Made by a program: the position numbers and the translations under genes. The notes under the pieces are model-generated. The model saw only the letters and a program-made list of their open reading frames with translations. It made no database searches and was not told the DNA's origin. A stretch of 64,000 bases of DNA from Nemertoderma westbladi (taxonomy: Eukaryota > Animalia > Xenacoelomorpha), in NCBI GenBank assembly GCA_032718475.1, contig JAUCBJ010006245.1, positions 3,759-67,758 on the forward strand, in the 5' to 3' direction. Positions 1 to 14,500 of this stretch are shown in pieces; the first letter of the stretch is position 1; every line of letters starts with the position of its first letter.

Positions 1-3
1 ATT

Positions 4-173
4 TGTGAGTCCGTAACGCTATTCTTAAACAGTTCAGCTGCAATACAGACCATAGAGACCTAATGGATGGTTTTGATTGGTTGTAAACCCAAAGGAAAAT
101 GATTGTCAGTGCAATACACATGCGGGGTGTACTCCAAATTAAAACTTTAAGTACTTTTCGTTACGGACTCACA
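4..173. mobile_element. Small MITE-like element
   Basis: Perfect 15-bp inverted repeat TGTGAGTCCGTAACG (4-18) / CGTTACGGACTCACA (159-173); lies at the window edge, so the TSD is not checkable. Confidence 0.55.
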
Positions 174-1712
174 TAATTCTGTAGGCCAAATCTAAAATTT
201 TTGAAACATTGAATACACAATGCTATTCTGTCAATATTCAAATTTTTATCATCAATAAGCTTCTAATAAATGTTGAATTTTCGGTTGGTGTAATTACCTG
301 TCTTAATCAGACAATTTCAATGATAGTAAGATTATGTCAAAAATGACATGTAATAATTTCTGCAAATTTGAAAATATGTAAAAAAATTTTCTCATATTCA
401 ATAATGAAAAACCAGTTGTTACCCTCAAAAAAATTAAGAATCCGTCACTTTTATTAAAAATTTCATTCTTTCTCGTCATTTTGATACCAAAATTATGCTG
501 ATTAGATGACTTTTTATTTTCGACATAAGTGTTACATCAATGGTGGAATTGCCCTGTGGGGTCAATAAGAAGTTGACCCCTAATTATCACCTAAACACAG
601 TTTGTCTTTCTTGTGCAGTGATTTTACGTTCAACCCATGTAAAATATAATTAATACTATTAAAAATAATAAATAATATAAAAAAAATATAAATAAATAAA
701 AAATAATATTAATAGGTGAGTTATATAGAAAAGTGGAAAAAAGGTAAAAAAAAACAGTAAGTTACCTTCGGCCGTTAATCCTTGGATTACTACTCAGATG
801 AGATTTCTACTCGTTTAGCTGCTATTTAGGGATTAAGTGGTCCAAGTCCCTGAATCTCGAAAAACAACCAACAGTCAAACAATATCAAAAGGATGTTGAA
901 TAAATTTAATGTATTCAATCATGGCCTTCTATATTATATTAAATTCGTAAAAGATTGAACAAAAATAACATTTACATAAAATTAAACCGCTCCGGAATAG
1001 TGACATGCCCCACACCCCACCCTAATTTTATTTGACTAGTTTGATGGATATAAATAGTTTCACCTCCAGACCACTAAGTGGGTTAGCCAGAATGTTTATT
1101 TGCGTTTTCAATCTTTAGCAAATTCATGAACATTCGAATGCCCAAACTCAGCTTTTTCCCAACCAAATTACTGTAAGATGTTTTTACATATTTGGAATCC
1201 TTGCATGCTAGCTTTCTATATCAGATTTCAAATCCGGTGTAATATTAACAGCGGTGTAACGGGTGCAATATCGACGGAGACACTTTTCTCAGACGTTTGT
1301 AGCTAAAGATTGACAGTGAAAATTACATTCATAGCTCACACAGGAAGCGAGGTGAAACTATCTTTGTTCAAATACCATCATGCAATATCATTAAGATTTG
1401 TAGAAATAGTTGGGGATGGGGGGTGGAGGATACCTGAATAAAGCACAATATTCCGTAGCATGGTATAAATTGCAAAATTGTTAAGTAAATAATAGAAATA
1501 GATTATCATATATTTACAAAGTGACATACTGTAAACAATAAAGACATGCACGCAATAAACTGTGTTTCAGTTAAAGTGAAAATATTTTCACGCTAAATTG
1601 AAAAAATAAAATAAAATATAAAAAAGGCTGAAAGAATTCAGCAATAATTTAAATTGAATGAAAATGAAATCAATGTATATGAATTCATTGATAATAAATA
1701 TGAACGAACAGC

Positions 1713-1874
1713 TTAGAAGTCATCGTCCGAATCGCCAATAGGTAACGATTGTCTACGACGGACAGTGGGATTAAATCTATCGAGTTTAGCGTTAACTTCT
1801 TCTTCATCGTCGTCGTCTGTGGTAAATGATTCATTACCATCATCGGCGATCTCGAAGTCACTTCCCGATTCCTC
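1713..1874 (-). CDS. CLUAP1: CLUAP1 alternative terminal exon 9b (EESGSDFEIADD...PIGDSDDDF*)
   Basis: tttatctgtcttacag acceptor, phase 0, 53 open codons with an acidic run, basic patch and DSDDDF* end. Confidence 0.82.
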   Translation of the reverse strand, partial: EESGSDFEIADDGNESFTTDDDDEEEVNAKLDRFNPTVRRRQSLPIGDSDDDF

Positions 1875-1927
1875 CTGTAAGACAGATAAAACATTCTAAC
1901 GAAATTTGGTATGCTGATCCTAGTGAC

Positions 1928-1933
1928 TTTATT
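1928..1933 (-). terminator. Putative poly(A) signal for the exon 9a isoform
   Basis: AATAAA ~145 nt after the 9a stop and just before the 9b acceptor. Confidence 0.55.
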
Positions 1934-2076
1934 AGCTATCCCTCGCTACGCTCGTCTGTAAAATAATCCATTCGGAACAGCAAACTGTATATGAGTATAT
2001 CGCTACTTTACACAAAAAGTATGTTTAAAATTACGATATTAAGCTTGTATACCACGTTGTATGTACTGCTAACTAC

Positions 2077-2214
2077 CTAAAAGTCGTCATCTGAGTCGTT
2101 TGTGATTGGTTGGCGTTGTTTGAAAGTAGTTCTACTAGCAGCGGCTACCGGGTCCATCATTGATCCATCTATGTCGAGGTCTCCATCGTCACTGGAGTTG
2201 GTTAACGATAAATC
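2077..2214 (-). CDS. CLUAP1: CLUAP1 terminal exon 9a (DLSLTNSSDDGDLDIDG...TNDSDDDF*)
   Basis: ttag acceptor, phase 0; ends DSDDDF* like the human ...ESDNDF* C-terminus; AATAAA follows at 1933-1928. Confidence 0.85.
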   Translation of the reverse strand, partial: DLSLTNSSDDGDLDIDGSMMDPVAAASRTTFKQRQPITNDSDDDF

Positions 2215-2355
2215 CTAACGATAGAGTGTTAGTATGATAGAAAGTTAGTAATATTATTAAATGTAACATATTATTTGCAGTGAGTTAGTTAGTACATCTG
2301 TGTGACATTCTTGGCAACAAATGAACCCATACTGAATGTGGTACTGTTTACTTAC

Positions 2356-2447
2356 ATCGTCGTCATCGGAACCACCCATCATGGACCCATACATCTGTCG
2401 TCCTTGTGGAATGGAACCACGGAGTTTCTTTACTAGAGCGGCTCGTC
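2356..2447 (-). CDS. CLUAP1: CLUAP1 exon 8 (GRAALVKKLRGSIPQGRQMYGSMMGGSDDDD)
   Basis: tttgtttag acceptor in phase with exon 7, gtaagt donor; GSMMGG resembles the GxMxGG motif of the CLUAP1 tail. Confidence 0.88.
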
Positions 2448-2521
2448 CTAAACAAATTAACGAGATAGATTTTAATGGGATATACGAGGGGAGACTTCAT
2501 ATGAAAGTTATTGTTCCTGTT

Positions 2522-5500
2522 GCTCCCCACTCCCACAACCAACTCCCACCCAACCTACCTTTAGCATCAGCTCCCCACTCCCACAACCAACTCCCACCCA
2601 ACCTACCTTTAGCATCAGCTCCCCACTCCCACAACCAACTCCCACCCAACCTACCTTTAGCATCAGGTCCCCACTCCCACAACCAACTCCCACCCAACCT
2701 ACCTTTAGCATCAGCTCCCCACTCCCACAACCAACTCCCACCCAACCTACCTTTAGCATCAGCTCCCCACTCCCACAACCAACTCCCACCCAACCTACCT
2801 TTAGCATCAGCTCCCCACTCCCACAACCAACTCCCACCCAACCTACCTTTAGCATCAGCTCCCCACTCCCACAACCAACTCCCACCCAACCTACCTTTAG
2901 CATCAGCTCCCCACTCCCACAACCAACTCCCACCCAACCTACCTTTAGCATCAGCTCCCCACTCCCACAACCAACTCCCACCCAACCTACCTTTAGCATC
3001 AGCTCCCCACTCCCACAACCAACTCCCACCCAACCTACCTTTAGCATCAGCTCCCCACTCCCACAACCAACTCCCACCCAACCTACCTTTAGCATCAGCT
3101 CCCCACTCCCACAACCAACTCCCACCCAACCTACCTTTAGCATCAGCTCCCCACTCCCACAACCAACTCCCACCCAACCTACCTTTAGCATCAGCTCCCC
3201 ACTCCCACAACCAACTCCCACCCAACCTACCTTTAGCATCAGCTCCCCACTCCCACAACCAACTCCCACCCAACCTACCTTTAGCATCAGCTCCCCACTC
3301 CCACAACCAACTCCCACCCAACCTACCTTTAGCATCAGCTCCCCACTCCCACAACCAACTCCCACCCAACCTACCTTTAGCATCAGCTCCCCACTCCCAC
3401 AACCAACTCCCACCCAACCTACCTTTAGCATCAGCTCCCCACTCCCACAACCAACTCCCACCCAACCTACCTTTAGCATCAGCTCCCCACTCCCACAACC
3501 AACTCCCACCCAACCTACCTTTAGCATCAGCTCCCCACTCCCACAACCAACTCCCACCCAACCTACCTTTAGCATCAGCTCCCCACTCCCACAACCAACT
3601 CCCACCCAACCTACCTTTAGCATCAGCTCCCCACTCCCACAACCAACTCCCACCCAACCTACCTTTAGCATCAGCTCCCCACTCCCACAACCAACTCCCA
3701 CCCAACCTACCTTTAGCATCAGCTCCCCACTCCCACAACCAACTCCCACCCAACCTACCTTTAGCATCAGCTCCCCACTCCCACAACCAACTCCCACCCA
3801 ACCTACCTTTAGCATCAGCTCCCCACTCCCACAACCAACTCCCACCCAACCTACCTTTAGCATCAGCTCCCCACTCCCACAACCAACTCCCACCCAACCT
3901 ACCTTTAGCATCAGCTCCCCACTCCCACAACCAACTCCCACCCAACCTACCTTTAGCATCAGCTCCCCACTCCCACAACCAACTCCCACCCAACCTACCT
4001 TTAGCATCAGCTCCCCACTCCCACAACCAACTCCCACCCAACCTACCTTTAGCATCAGCTCCCCACTCCCACAACCAACTCCCACCCAACCTACCTTTAG
4101 CATCAGCTCCCCCCTCCCACAACCAACTCCCACCCAACCTACCTTTAGCATCAGCTCCCCACTCCCACAACCAACTCCCACCCAACCTACCTTTAGCATC
4201 AGCTCCCCACTCCCACAACCAACTCCCACCCAACCTACCTTTAGCATCAGCTCCCCACTCCCACAACCAACTCCCACCCAACCTACCTTTAGCATCAGCT
4301 CCCCCCTCCCACAACCAACTCCCACCCAACCTACCTTTAGCATCAGCTCCCCCCTCCCACAACCAACTCCCACCCAACCTACCTTTAGCATCAGCTCCCC
4401 ACTCCCACAACCAACTCCCACCCAACCTACCTTTAGCATCAGCTCCCCCTTCCCACAACCAACTCCCACCCAACCTACCTTTAGCATCAGCTCCCCCCTC
4501 CCACAACCAACTCCCACCCAACCTACCTTTAGCATCAGCTCCCCACTCCAACAACCAACTCCCACCCAACCTACCTTTAGCATCAGCTCCCCACTCCCAC
4601 AACCAACTCCCACCCAACCTACCTTTAGCATCAGCTCCCCCCTCCCACAACCAACTCCCACCCAACCTACCTTTAGCATCAGCTCCCCACTCCAACAACC
4701 AACTCCCACCCAACCTACCTTTAGCATCAGCTCCCCACTCCCACAACCAACTCCCACCCAACCTACCTTTAGCATCAGCTCCCCCCTCCCACAACCAACT
4801 CCCACCCAACCTACCTTTAGCATCAGCTCCCCACTCCAACAACCAACTCCCACCCAACCTACCTTTAGCATCAGCTCCCCACTCCAACAACCAACTCCCA
4901 CCCAACCTACCTTTAGCATCAGCTCCCCACTCCCACAACCAACTCCCACCCAACCTACCTTTAGCATCAGCTCCCCACTCCAACAACCAACTCCCACCCA
5001 ACCTACCTTTAGCATCAGCTCCCCACTCCCACAACCAACTCCCACCCAACCTACCTTTAGCATCAGCTCCCCACTCCCACAACCAACTCCCACCCAACCT
5101 ACCTTTAGCATCAGCTCCCCACTCCAACAACCAACTCCCACCCAACCTACCTTTAGCATCAGCTCCCCACTCCAACAACCAACTCCCACCCAACCTACCT
5201 TTAGCATCAGCTCCCCACTCCAACAACCAACTCCCACCCAACCTACCTTTAGCATCAGCTCCCCACTCCCACAACCAACTCCCACCCAACCTACCTTTAG
5301 CATCAGCTCCCCACTCCCACAACCAACTCCCACCCAACCTACCTTTAGCATCAGCTCCCCACTCCCACAACCAACTCCCACCCAACCTACCTTTAGCATC
5401 AGCTCCCCACTCCCACAACCAACTCCCACCCAACCTACCTTTAGCATCAGCTCCCCACTCCCACAACCAACTCCCACCCAACCTACCTTTAGCATCAGCT

Positions 5501-8500
5501 CCCCACTCCCACAACCAACTCCCACCCAACCTACCTTTAGCATCAGCTCCCCACTCCCACAACCAACTCCCACCCAACCTACCTTTAGCATCAGCTCCCC
5601 ACTCCCACAACCAACTCCCACCCAACCTACCTTTAGCATCAGCTCCCCACTCCCACAACCAACTCCCACCCAACCTACCTTTAGCATCAGCTCCCCACTC
5701 CCACAACCAACTCCCACCCAACCTACCTTTAGCATCAGCTCCCCACTCCCACAACCAACTCCCACCCAACCTACCTTTAGCATCAGCTCCCCACTCCCAC
5801 AACCAACTCCCACCCAACCTACCTTTAGCATCAGCTCCCCACTCCCACAACCAACTCCCACCCAACCTACCTTTAGCATCAGCTCCCCACTCCCACAACC
5901 AACTCCCACCCAACCTACCTTTAGCATCAGCTCCCCACTCCCACAACCAACTCCCACCCAACCTACCTTTAGCATCAGCTCCCCACTCCAACCTCCCTTT
6001 AGCATCAGCTCCCCACTCCCACAACCAACTCCCACCCAACCTACCTTTAGCATCAGCTCCCCACTCCCACAACCAACTCCCACCCAACCTACCTTTAGCA
6101 TCAGCTCCCCACTCCCACAACCAACTCCCACCCAACCTACCTTTAGCATCAGCTCCCCACTCCCACAACCAACTCCCACCCAACCTACCTTTAGCATCAG
6201 CTCCCCACTCCCACAACCAACTCCCACCCAACCTACCTTTAGCATCAGCTCCCCACTCCCACAACCAACTCCCACCCAACCTACCTTTAGCATCAGCTCC
6301 CCACTCCCACAACCAACTCCCACCCAACCTACCTTTAGCATCAGCTCCCCACTCCAACAACCAACTCCCACCCAACCTACCTTTAGCATCAGCTCCCCAC
6401 TCCAACAACCAACTCCCACCCAACCTACCTTTAGCATCAGCTCCCCACTCCAACAACCAACTCCCACCCAACCTACCTTTAGCATCAGCTCCCCACTCCA
6501 ACAACCAACTCCCACCCAACCTACCTTTAGCATCAGCTCCCCACTCCACAACCAACTCCCACCCAACCTACCTTTAGCATCAGCTCCCCACTCCAACAAC
6601 CAACTCCCACCCAACCTACCTTTAGCATCAGCTCCCCACTCCAACAACCAACTCCCACCCAACCTACCTTTAGCATCAGCTCCCCACTCCAACAACCAAC
6701 TCCCACCCAACCTACCTTTAGCATCAGCTCCCCACTCCAACAACCAACTCCCACCCAACCTACCTTTAGCATCAGCTCCCCACTCCCACAACCAACTCCC
6801 ACCCAACCTACCTTTAGCATCAGCTCCCCACTCCCACAACCAACTCCCACCCAACCTACCTTTAGCATCAGCTCCCCACTCCCACAACCAACTCCCACCC
6901 AACCTACCTTTAGCATCAGCTCCCCACTCCCACAACCAACTCCCACCCAACCTACCTTTAGCATCAGCTCCCCACTCCCACAACCAACTCCCACCCAACC
7001 TACCTTTAGCATCAGCTCCCCACTCCCACAACCAACTCCCACCCAACCTACCTTTAGCATCAGCTCCCCACTCCCACAACCAACTCCCACCCAACCTACC
7101 TTTAGCATCAGCTCCCCACTCCCACAACCAACTCCCACCCAACCTACCTTTAGCATCAGCTCCCCACTCCCACAACCAACTCCCACCCAACCTACCTTTA
7201 GCATCAGCTCCCCACTCCCACAACCAACTCCCACCCAACCTACCTTTAGCATCAGCTCCCCACTCCCACAACCAACTCCCACCCAACCTACCTTTAGCAT
7301 CAGCTCCCCACTCCCACAACCAACTCCCACCCAACCTACCTTTAGCATCAGCTCCCCACTCCCACAACCAACTCCCACCCAACCTACCTTTAGCATCAGC
7401 TCCCCACTCCAACCTCCCTTTAGCATCAGCTCCCCACTCCCACAACCAACTCCCACCCAACCTACCTTTAGCATCAGCTCCCCACTCCCACAACCAACTC
7501 CCACCCAACCTACCTTTAGCATCAGCTCTCCACTCCCACAACCAACTCCCACCCAACCTACCTTTAGCATCAGCTCTCCACTCCCACAACCAACTCCAAC
7601 CCAACCTACCTTTAGCATCAGCTCTCCACTCCCACAACCAACTCCCACCCAACCTACCTTTAGCATCAGCTCCCCACTCCAACCTCCCTTTAGCATCAGC
7701 TCCCCACTCCCACAACCAACTCCCACCCAACCTACCTTTAGCATCAGCTCCCCACTCCCACAACCAACTCCCACCCAACCTACCTTTAGCATCAGCTCCC
7801 CACTCCCACAACCAACTCCCACCCAACCTACCTTTAGCATCAGCTCCCCACTCCCACAACCAACTCCCACCCAACCTACCTTTAGCATCAGCTCTCCCAC
7901 CCAACCTACCTTTAGCATCAGCTCCCCCACCTTTAGCATCAGCTCTCCCACCCAACCTACCTTTAGCATCAGCTCCCCACTCCCACAACCAACTCCCACC
8001 CAACCTACCTTTAGCATCAGCTCCCCACTCCAACCTCCCTTTAGCATCAGCTCCCCACTCCCACAACCAACTCCCACCCAACCTACCTTTAGCATCAGCT
8101 CCCCACTCCCACAACCAACTCCCACCCAACCTACCTTTAGCATCAGCTCTCCACTCCCACAACCAACTCCCACCCAACCTACCTTTAGCATCAGCTCTCC
8201 ACTCCCACAACCAACTCCCACCCAACCTACCTTTAGCATCAGCTCCCCACTCCAACCTCCCTTTAGCATCAGCTCCCCACTCCCACAACCAACTCCCACC
8301 CAACCTACCTTTAGCATCAGCTCTCCACTCCCACAACCAACTCCCATCCAACCTACCTTTAGCATCAGCTCCCCACTCCCACAACCAACTCCCACCCAAC
8401 CTACCTTTAGCATCAGCTCTCCACTCCCACAACCAACTCCCACCCAACCTACCTTTAGCATCAGCTCCCCACTCCAACCTCCCTTTAGCATCAGCTCCCC

Positions 8501-11500
8501 ACTCCCACAACCAACTCCCACCCAACCTACCTTTAGCATCAGCTCTCCACTCCCACAACCAACTCCCACCCAACCTACCTTTAGCATCAGCTCTCCCACC
8601 ATCATCATCGCTCGCTGATGAACCATCATCATCACGAACCCCCAAATCAGCCAACTCCCACCCAACTTACCTTTAGCATCAGCTCTCCCACCCAACCTAC
8701 CTTTAGCATCAGCTCCCCACTCTAACAACCAACTCCCATCCAACCTACCTTTAGCATCAGCTCTCCCACCATCATCATCGCTCGCTGATGAACCATCATC
8801 ATCACGAACCCCCAAATCAGCCAACTCCCACCCAACCTACCTTTAGCATCAGCTCTCCCACCCAACCTACCTTTAGCATCAGCTCCCCACTCCAACAACA
8901 ACTCCCACCCAACCTACCTTTAGCATCAGCTCTCCACTCCCACAACCAACTCCCATCCAACCTACCTTTAGCATCAGCTCTCCCACCCAACCTACCTTTA
9001 GCATCAGCTCTCCCACCATCATCATCGCTCGCTGATGAACCATCATCATCACGAACCCCCAAATCAGCCAACTCCCACCCAACCTACCTTTAGCATCAGC
9101 TCTCCCACCCAACCTACCTTTAGCATCAGCTCTCCCACCCAACCTACCTTTAGCATCAGCACTCCCACCCAACCTACCTTTAGCATCAGCTCCCCACTCC
9201 CACAACCAACTCCCACCCAACCTACCTTTAGCATCAGCTCCCCACTCCAACAACCAACTCCCACCCCACCTACCTTTAGCATCAGCTCCCCACTCCAACA
9301 ACAACTCCCACCCAACCTACCTTTAGCATCAGCTCCCCACTCCCACAACCAACTCCCACCCAACCTACCTTTAGCATCAGCTCCCCACTCCAACAACCAA
9401 CTCCCACCCCACCTACCTTTAGCATCAGCTCCCCACTCCAACAACAACTCCCACCCAACCTACCTTTAGCATCAGCTCCCCACTCCCACAACCAACTCCC
9501 ACCCAACCTACCTTTAGCATCAGCTCCCCACTCCAACAACCAACTCCCACCCCACCTACCTTTAGCATCAGCTCCCCACTCCAACAACAACTCCCACCCA
9601 ACCTACCTTTATCATCAGCTCCCCACTCCCACAACCAACTCCCACCCCACCTACCTTTAGCATCAGCTCCCCACTCCCACAACCAACTCCCACCCAACCT
9701 ACCTTTAGCATCAACTCCCCACTCCAACAACCAACTCCCACCCAACCTACATTTAGCATCAGCTCTCCCACCTTTAGCATCAGCTCTCCCACCCAACCTA
9801 CCTTTAGCATCAGCTCCCCCCTCCCACAACCAACTCCCATCCAACCTACCTTTAGCATCAGCTCCCCACTCCAACAACCAACTCCCACCCCACCTACCTT
9901 TAGCATCAGCTCCCCACTCCAACAACCAACTCCCACCCAACCTACCTTTAGCATCAGCTCCCCACTCCAACAACAACTCCCAACCAACCTACCTTTAGCA
10001 TCAGCTCCCCACTCCAACAACAACAACTCCCAACCAACCTACCTTTAGCATCAGCTCTCCCACCCAACCTACCTTTAGCACCAGCTCTCCCACCCAACCT
10101 ACCTTTAGCATCAGCTCCCCACTCCCACAACCAACTCCCACCCAACCTACCTTTAGCATCAGATCCCCACTCCCACAACCAACTCCCACCCAACCTACCT
10201 TTAGCATCAGCTCCCCACTCCAACAACAACTCCCAACCAACCTACCTTTAGCATCAGCTCTCCCACCCAACCTACCTTTAGCATCAGCTCTCCTACCCAA
10301 AGTACCTTTAGCATCAGCTCTCCCACCCAACCTACCTTTAGCATCAGCTCTCCCACCCAACCTACCTTTAGCATCAGCTCCCCACTCCCACAACCAACTC
10401 CCACCCAACCTACATTTAGCATCAGCTCTCCCCCCTTTAGCATCAGCTCTCCCACCCAACCTACCTTTAGCATCAGCTCTCCCACACAACCTACCTTTAG
10501 CAACAGCTCCCCACTCCAACAACCAACTCCCACCCAACCTACCTTTAGCATCAGCTCCCCACTCCAACAACAACTCCCAACCAACCTACCTTTAGCATCA
10601 GCTCTCCCACCCAACCTACCTTTAGCATCAGCTCGACCACCCAACCTACCTTTAGCATCAGCTCTCCTACCCAACCTACCTTTAGCATCAGCTCTCCCAC
10701 CCAACCTACCTTTAGCATCAGCTCTCCCACCCAACCTACCTTTAGCATCAGCTCCCCACTCCCACAACCAACTCCCACCCAACCTACCTTTAGCATCAGC
10801 TCCCCACTCCAAAAAAAACTCCCAACCAACCTACCTTTAGCATCAGCTCTCCCACCCAACCTACCTTTAGCATCAGCTCCCCACTCCCACAACCAACTCC
10901 CACCCAACCTACCTTTAGAATCAACTCCCCACTCCAACAACAACTCCCACCCAACCTACCTTTAGCATCAGCTCCCCACTCCAACAACCAACTCCCACCC
11001 CACCTACCTTTAGAATCAACTCCCCACTCCAACAACAACTCCCACCCAACCTACCTTTAGCATCAGCTCCCCACTCCAACAACCAACTCCCACCCCACCT
11101 ACCTTTAGCATCAGCTTCCCACTCCAACAACCAACTCCCACCCAACCTACCTTTAGCATCAGCTTCCCACTCCAACAACCAACTCCCACCCAACCTACCT
11201 TTAGCATCAGCTCTCCCACCCAACCTACCTTTAGCATCAGCTCTCCCACCCAACCTACCTTTAGCATCAGCTCCCCACTCCCACAACCAACTCCCACCCA
11301 ACCTACCTTTAGCATCAGCTCCCCACTCCAACAACAACTCCCAACCAACCTACCTTTAGCATCAGCTCTCCCACCCAACCTACCTTTAGCATCAGCTCTC
11401 CCACCCAACCTACCTTTAGCATCAGCTCCCCACTCCCACAACCAACTCCCACCCAACCTACCTTTAGAATCAACTCCCCACTCCAACAACAACTCCCACC

Positions 11501-14500
11501 CAACCTACCTTTAGCATCAGCTCCCCACTCCAACAACCAACTCCCACCCCACCTACCTTTAGCATCAGCTCCCCACTCCAACAACCAACTCCCACCCAAC
11601 CTACCTTTAGAATCAACTCCCCACTCCAACAACAACTCCCACCCAACCTACCTTTAGCATCAGCTCCCCACTCCAACAACCAACTCCCACCCAACCTACC
11701 TTTAGAATCAACTCCCCACTCCAACAACAACTCCCACCCAACCTACCTTTAGCATCAGCTCCCCACTCCAACAACCAACTCCCACCCAACCTACCTTTAG
11801 AATCAACTCCCCACTCCAACAACAACTCCCACCCAACCTACCTTTAGCATCAGCTCCCCACTCCCACAACCAACTCCCACCCAACCTACCTTTAGAATCA
11901 ACTCCCCACTCCAACAACAACTCCCACCCAACCTACCTTTAGCATCAGCTCCCCACTCCAACAACCAACTCCCACCCCACCTACCTTTAGCATCAGCTCC
12001 CCACTCCAACAACCAACTCCCACCCAACCTACCTTTAGCATCAGCTCCCCACTCCAACAACCAACTCCCACCCAACCTACCTTTAGCATCAGCTCCCCAC
12101 TCCCACAACCAACTCCCACCCAACCTACCTTTAGCATCAGCTCCCCACTCCAACAACCAACTCCCACCCAACCTACCTTTAGCATCAGCTCCCCACACCA
12201 ACAACCAACTCCCACCCAACCTACATTTAGCATCAGCTCTCCCACCCAACCTACCTTTAGCATCAGCTCCCCCACCTTTAGCATCAGCTCTCCCACCCAA
12301 CCTACCTTTAGCATCAGCTCCCCCCTCCCACAACCAACTCCCATCCAACCTACCTTTAGCATCAGCTCCCCACTCCAACAACCAACTCCCACCCCACCTA
12401 CCTTTAGCATCAGCTCCCCACTCCAACAACCAACTCCCACCCAACCTACCTTTAGCATCAGCTCCCCACTCCAACAACCAACTCCCACCCAACCTACATT
12501 TAGCATCAGCTCTCCCACCCAACCCACCTTTAGCATCAGCTCTCCCACCTTTAGCATCAGCTCTCCCACCCAACCTACCTTTAGCATCAGCTCCCCCCTC
12601 CTACAACCAACTCCCATCCAACCTACCTTTAGCATCAGCTCCCCACTCCAACAACCAACTCCCACCCAACCTACCTTTAGCATCAGCTCCCCACTCCAAC
12701 AACCAACTCCCACCCAACCTACATTTAGCATCAGCTCTCCCACCTTTAGCATCAGCTCTCCCACCCAACCTACCTTTAGCATCAGCTCCCCCCTCCCACA
12801 ACCAACCCCCATCCAACCTACCTTTAGCATCAGCTCCCCACTCCAACAACCACTCCAACCCAACCTACCTTTAGCATCAGCTCTCCCACCTTTAGCATCA
12901 GCTCTCCCACCCAACCTACCTTTAGCATCAGCTCCCCCCTCCCACAACCAACTCCCATCCAACCTACCTTTAGCATCAGCTCCCCACTCCCACAACCAAC
13001 TCCCACCCAACCTACCTTTAGCATCAGCTCCCCACTCCAACAACAACTCCCAACCAACCTACCTTTAGCATCAGCTCTCCCACCCAACCTACCTTTAGCA
13101 TCAGCTCTCCCACACAACCTACCCTTAGCATCAGCTCCCCACTCCCACAACCACCTCCCACCCAACCTACCTTTAGCATCAGCGCCCCACTCCCACAACC
13201 AACTCCCACCCAACCTACCTTTAGCATCAGCTCCCCACTCCAACAACCAACTCCCACCCAACCTACCTTTAGCATCAGCTCTCCCACCCAAACTACCTTT
13301 AGCATCAGCGCCCCACTCCCACAACCAACTCCCACCCAACCTACCTTTAGCATCAGCTCCCCACTCCCACAACCAACTCCCACCCAACCTACCTTTAGCA
13401 TCAGCGCCCCACTCCCACAACCAACTCCCACCCAACCTACCTTTAGCATCAGCTTCCCACTCCAACAACCAACTCCCACCCAACCTACCTTTAGCATCAG
13501 CTCTCCCACCCAACCCACCTTTAGCATCAGCTCTCCCACACAACCTACCTTTAGCATCAGCGCCCCACTCCCACAACCAACTCCCACCCAACCTACCTTT
13601 AGCATCAGCTTCCCACTCCCACAACCAACTCCCACCCAACCTACCTTTAGCATCAGCGCCCCACTCCCACAACCAACTCCCACCCAACCTACCTTTAGCA
13701 TCAGCTTCCCACTCCAACAACAACTCCCAACCAACCTACCTTTAGCATCAGCTCTCCCACCCAACCTACCTTTAGCATCAGCTCTCCCACCCAACCTACC
13801 TTTAGCATCAGCGCCCCACTCCCACAACCAACTCCCACCCAACCTACCTTTAGCATCAGCTTCCCACTCCCACAACCAACTCCCACCCAACCTACCTTTA
13901 GCATCAGCTCCCCACTCCCACAACCAACTCCCACCCAACCTACCTTTAGCATCAGCGCCCCACTCCCACAACCAACTCCCACCCAACCTACCTTTAGCAT
14001 CAGCTTCCCACTCCAACAACCAACTCCCACCTAACCTACCTTTAGCATCAGCTCCCCACTCCAACAACAACTCCCAACCAACCTACCTTTAGCATCAGCT
14101 CTCCCACCCAACCTACCTTTAGCATCAGCTCTCCCACACAACCTACCTTTAGCATCAGCTCCCCACTCCCACAACCAACTCCCACCCAACCTACCTTTAG
14201 CATCAGCGCCCCACTCCCACAACCAACTCCCACCCAACCTACCTTTAGCATCAGCTCCCCACTCCAACAACCAACTCCCACCCAACCTACCTTTAGCATC
14301 AGCTCTCCCACCCAAACTACCTTTAGCATCAGCGCCCCACTCCCACAACCAACTCCCACCCCACCTACCTTTAGCATCAGCTCCCCACTCCCACAACCAA
14401 CTCCCACCCAACCTACCTTTAGCATCAGCGGATGTAGGAAAATTCGGTCCCGGACAATTCGGTCCCGGACAATTCGGTCCGGACAATTCGGTCCCGGACA

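Noticed and set aside
1685-1894. 69-aa ORF from the ORF track
   Set aside because: It is the wrong frame; the credible reading is exon 9b.
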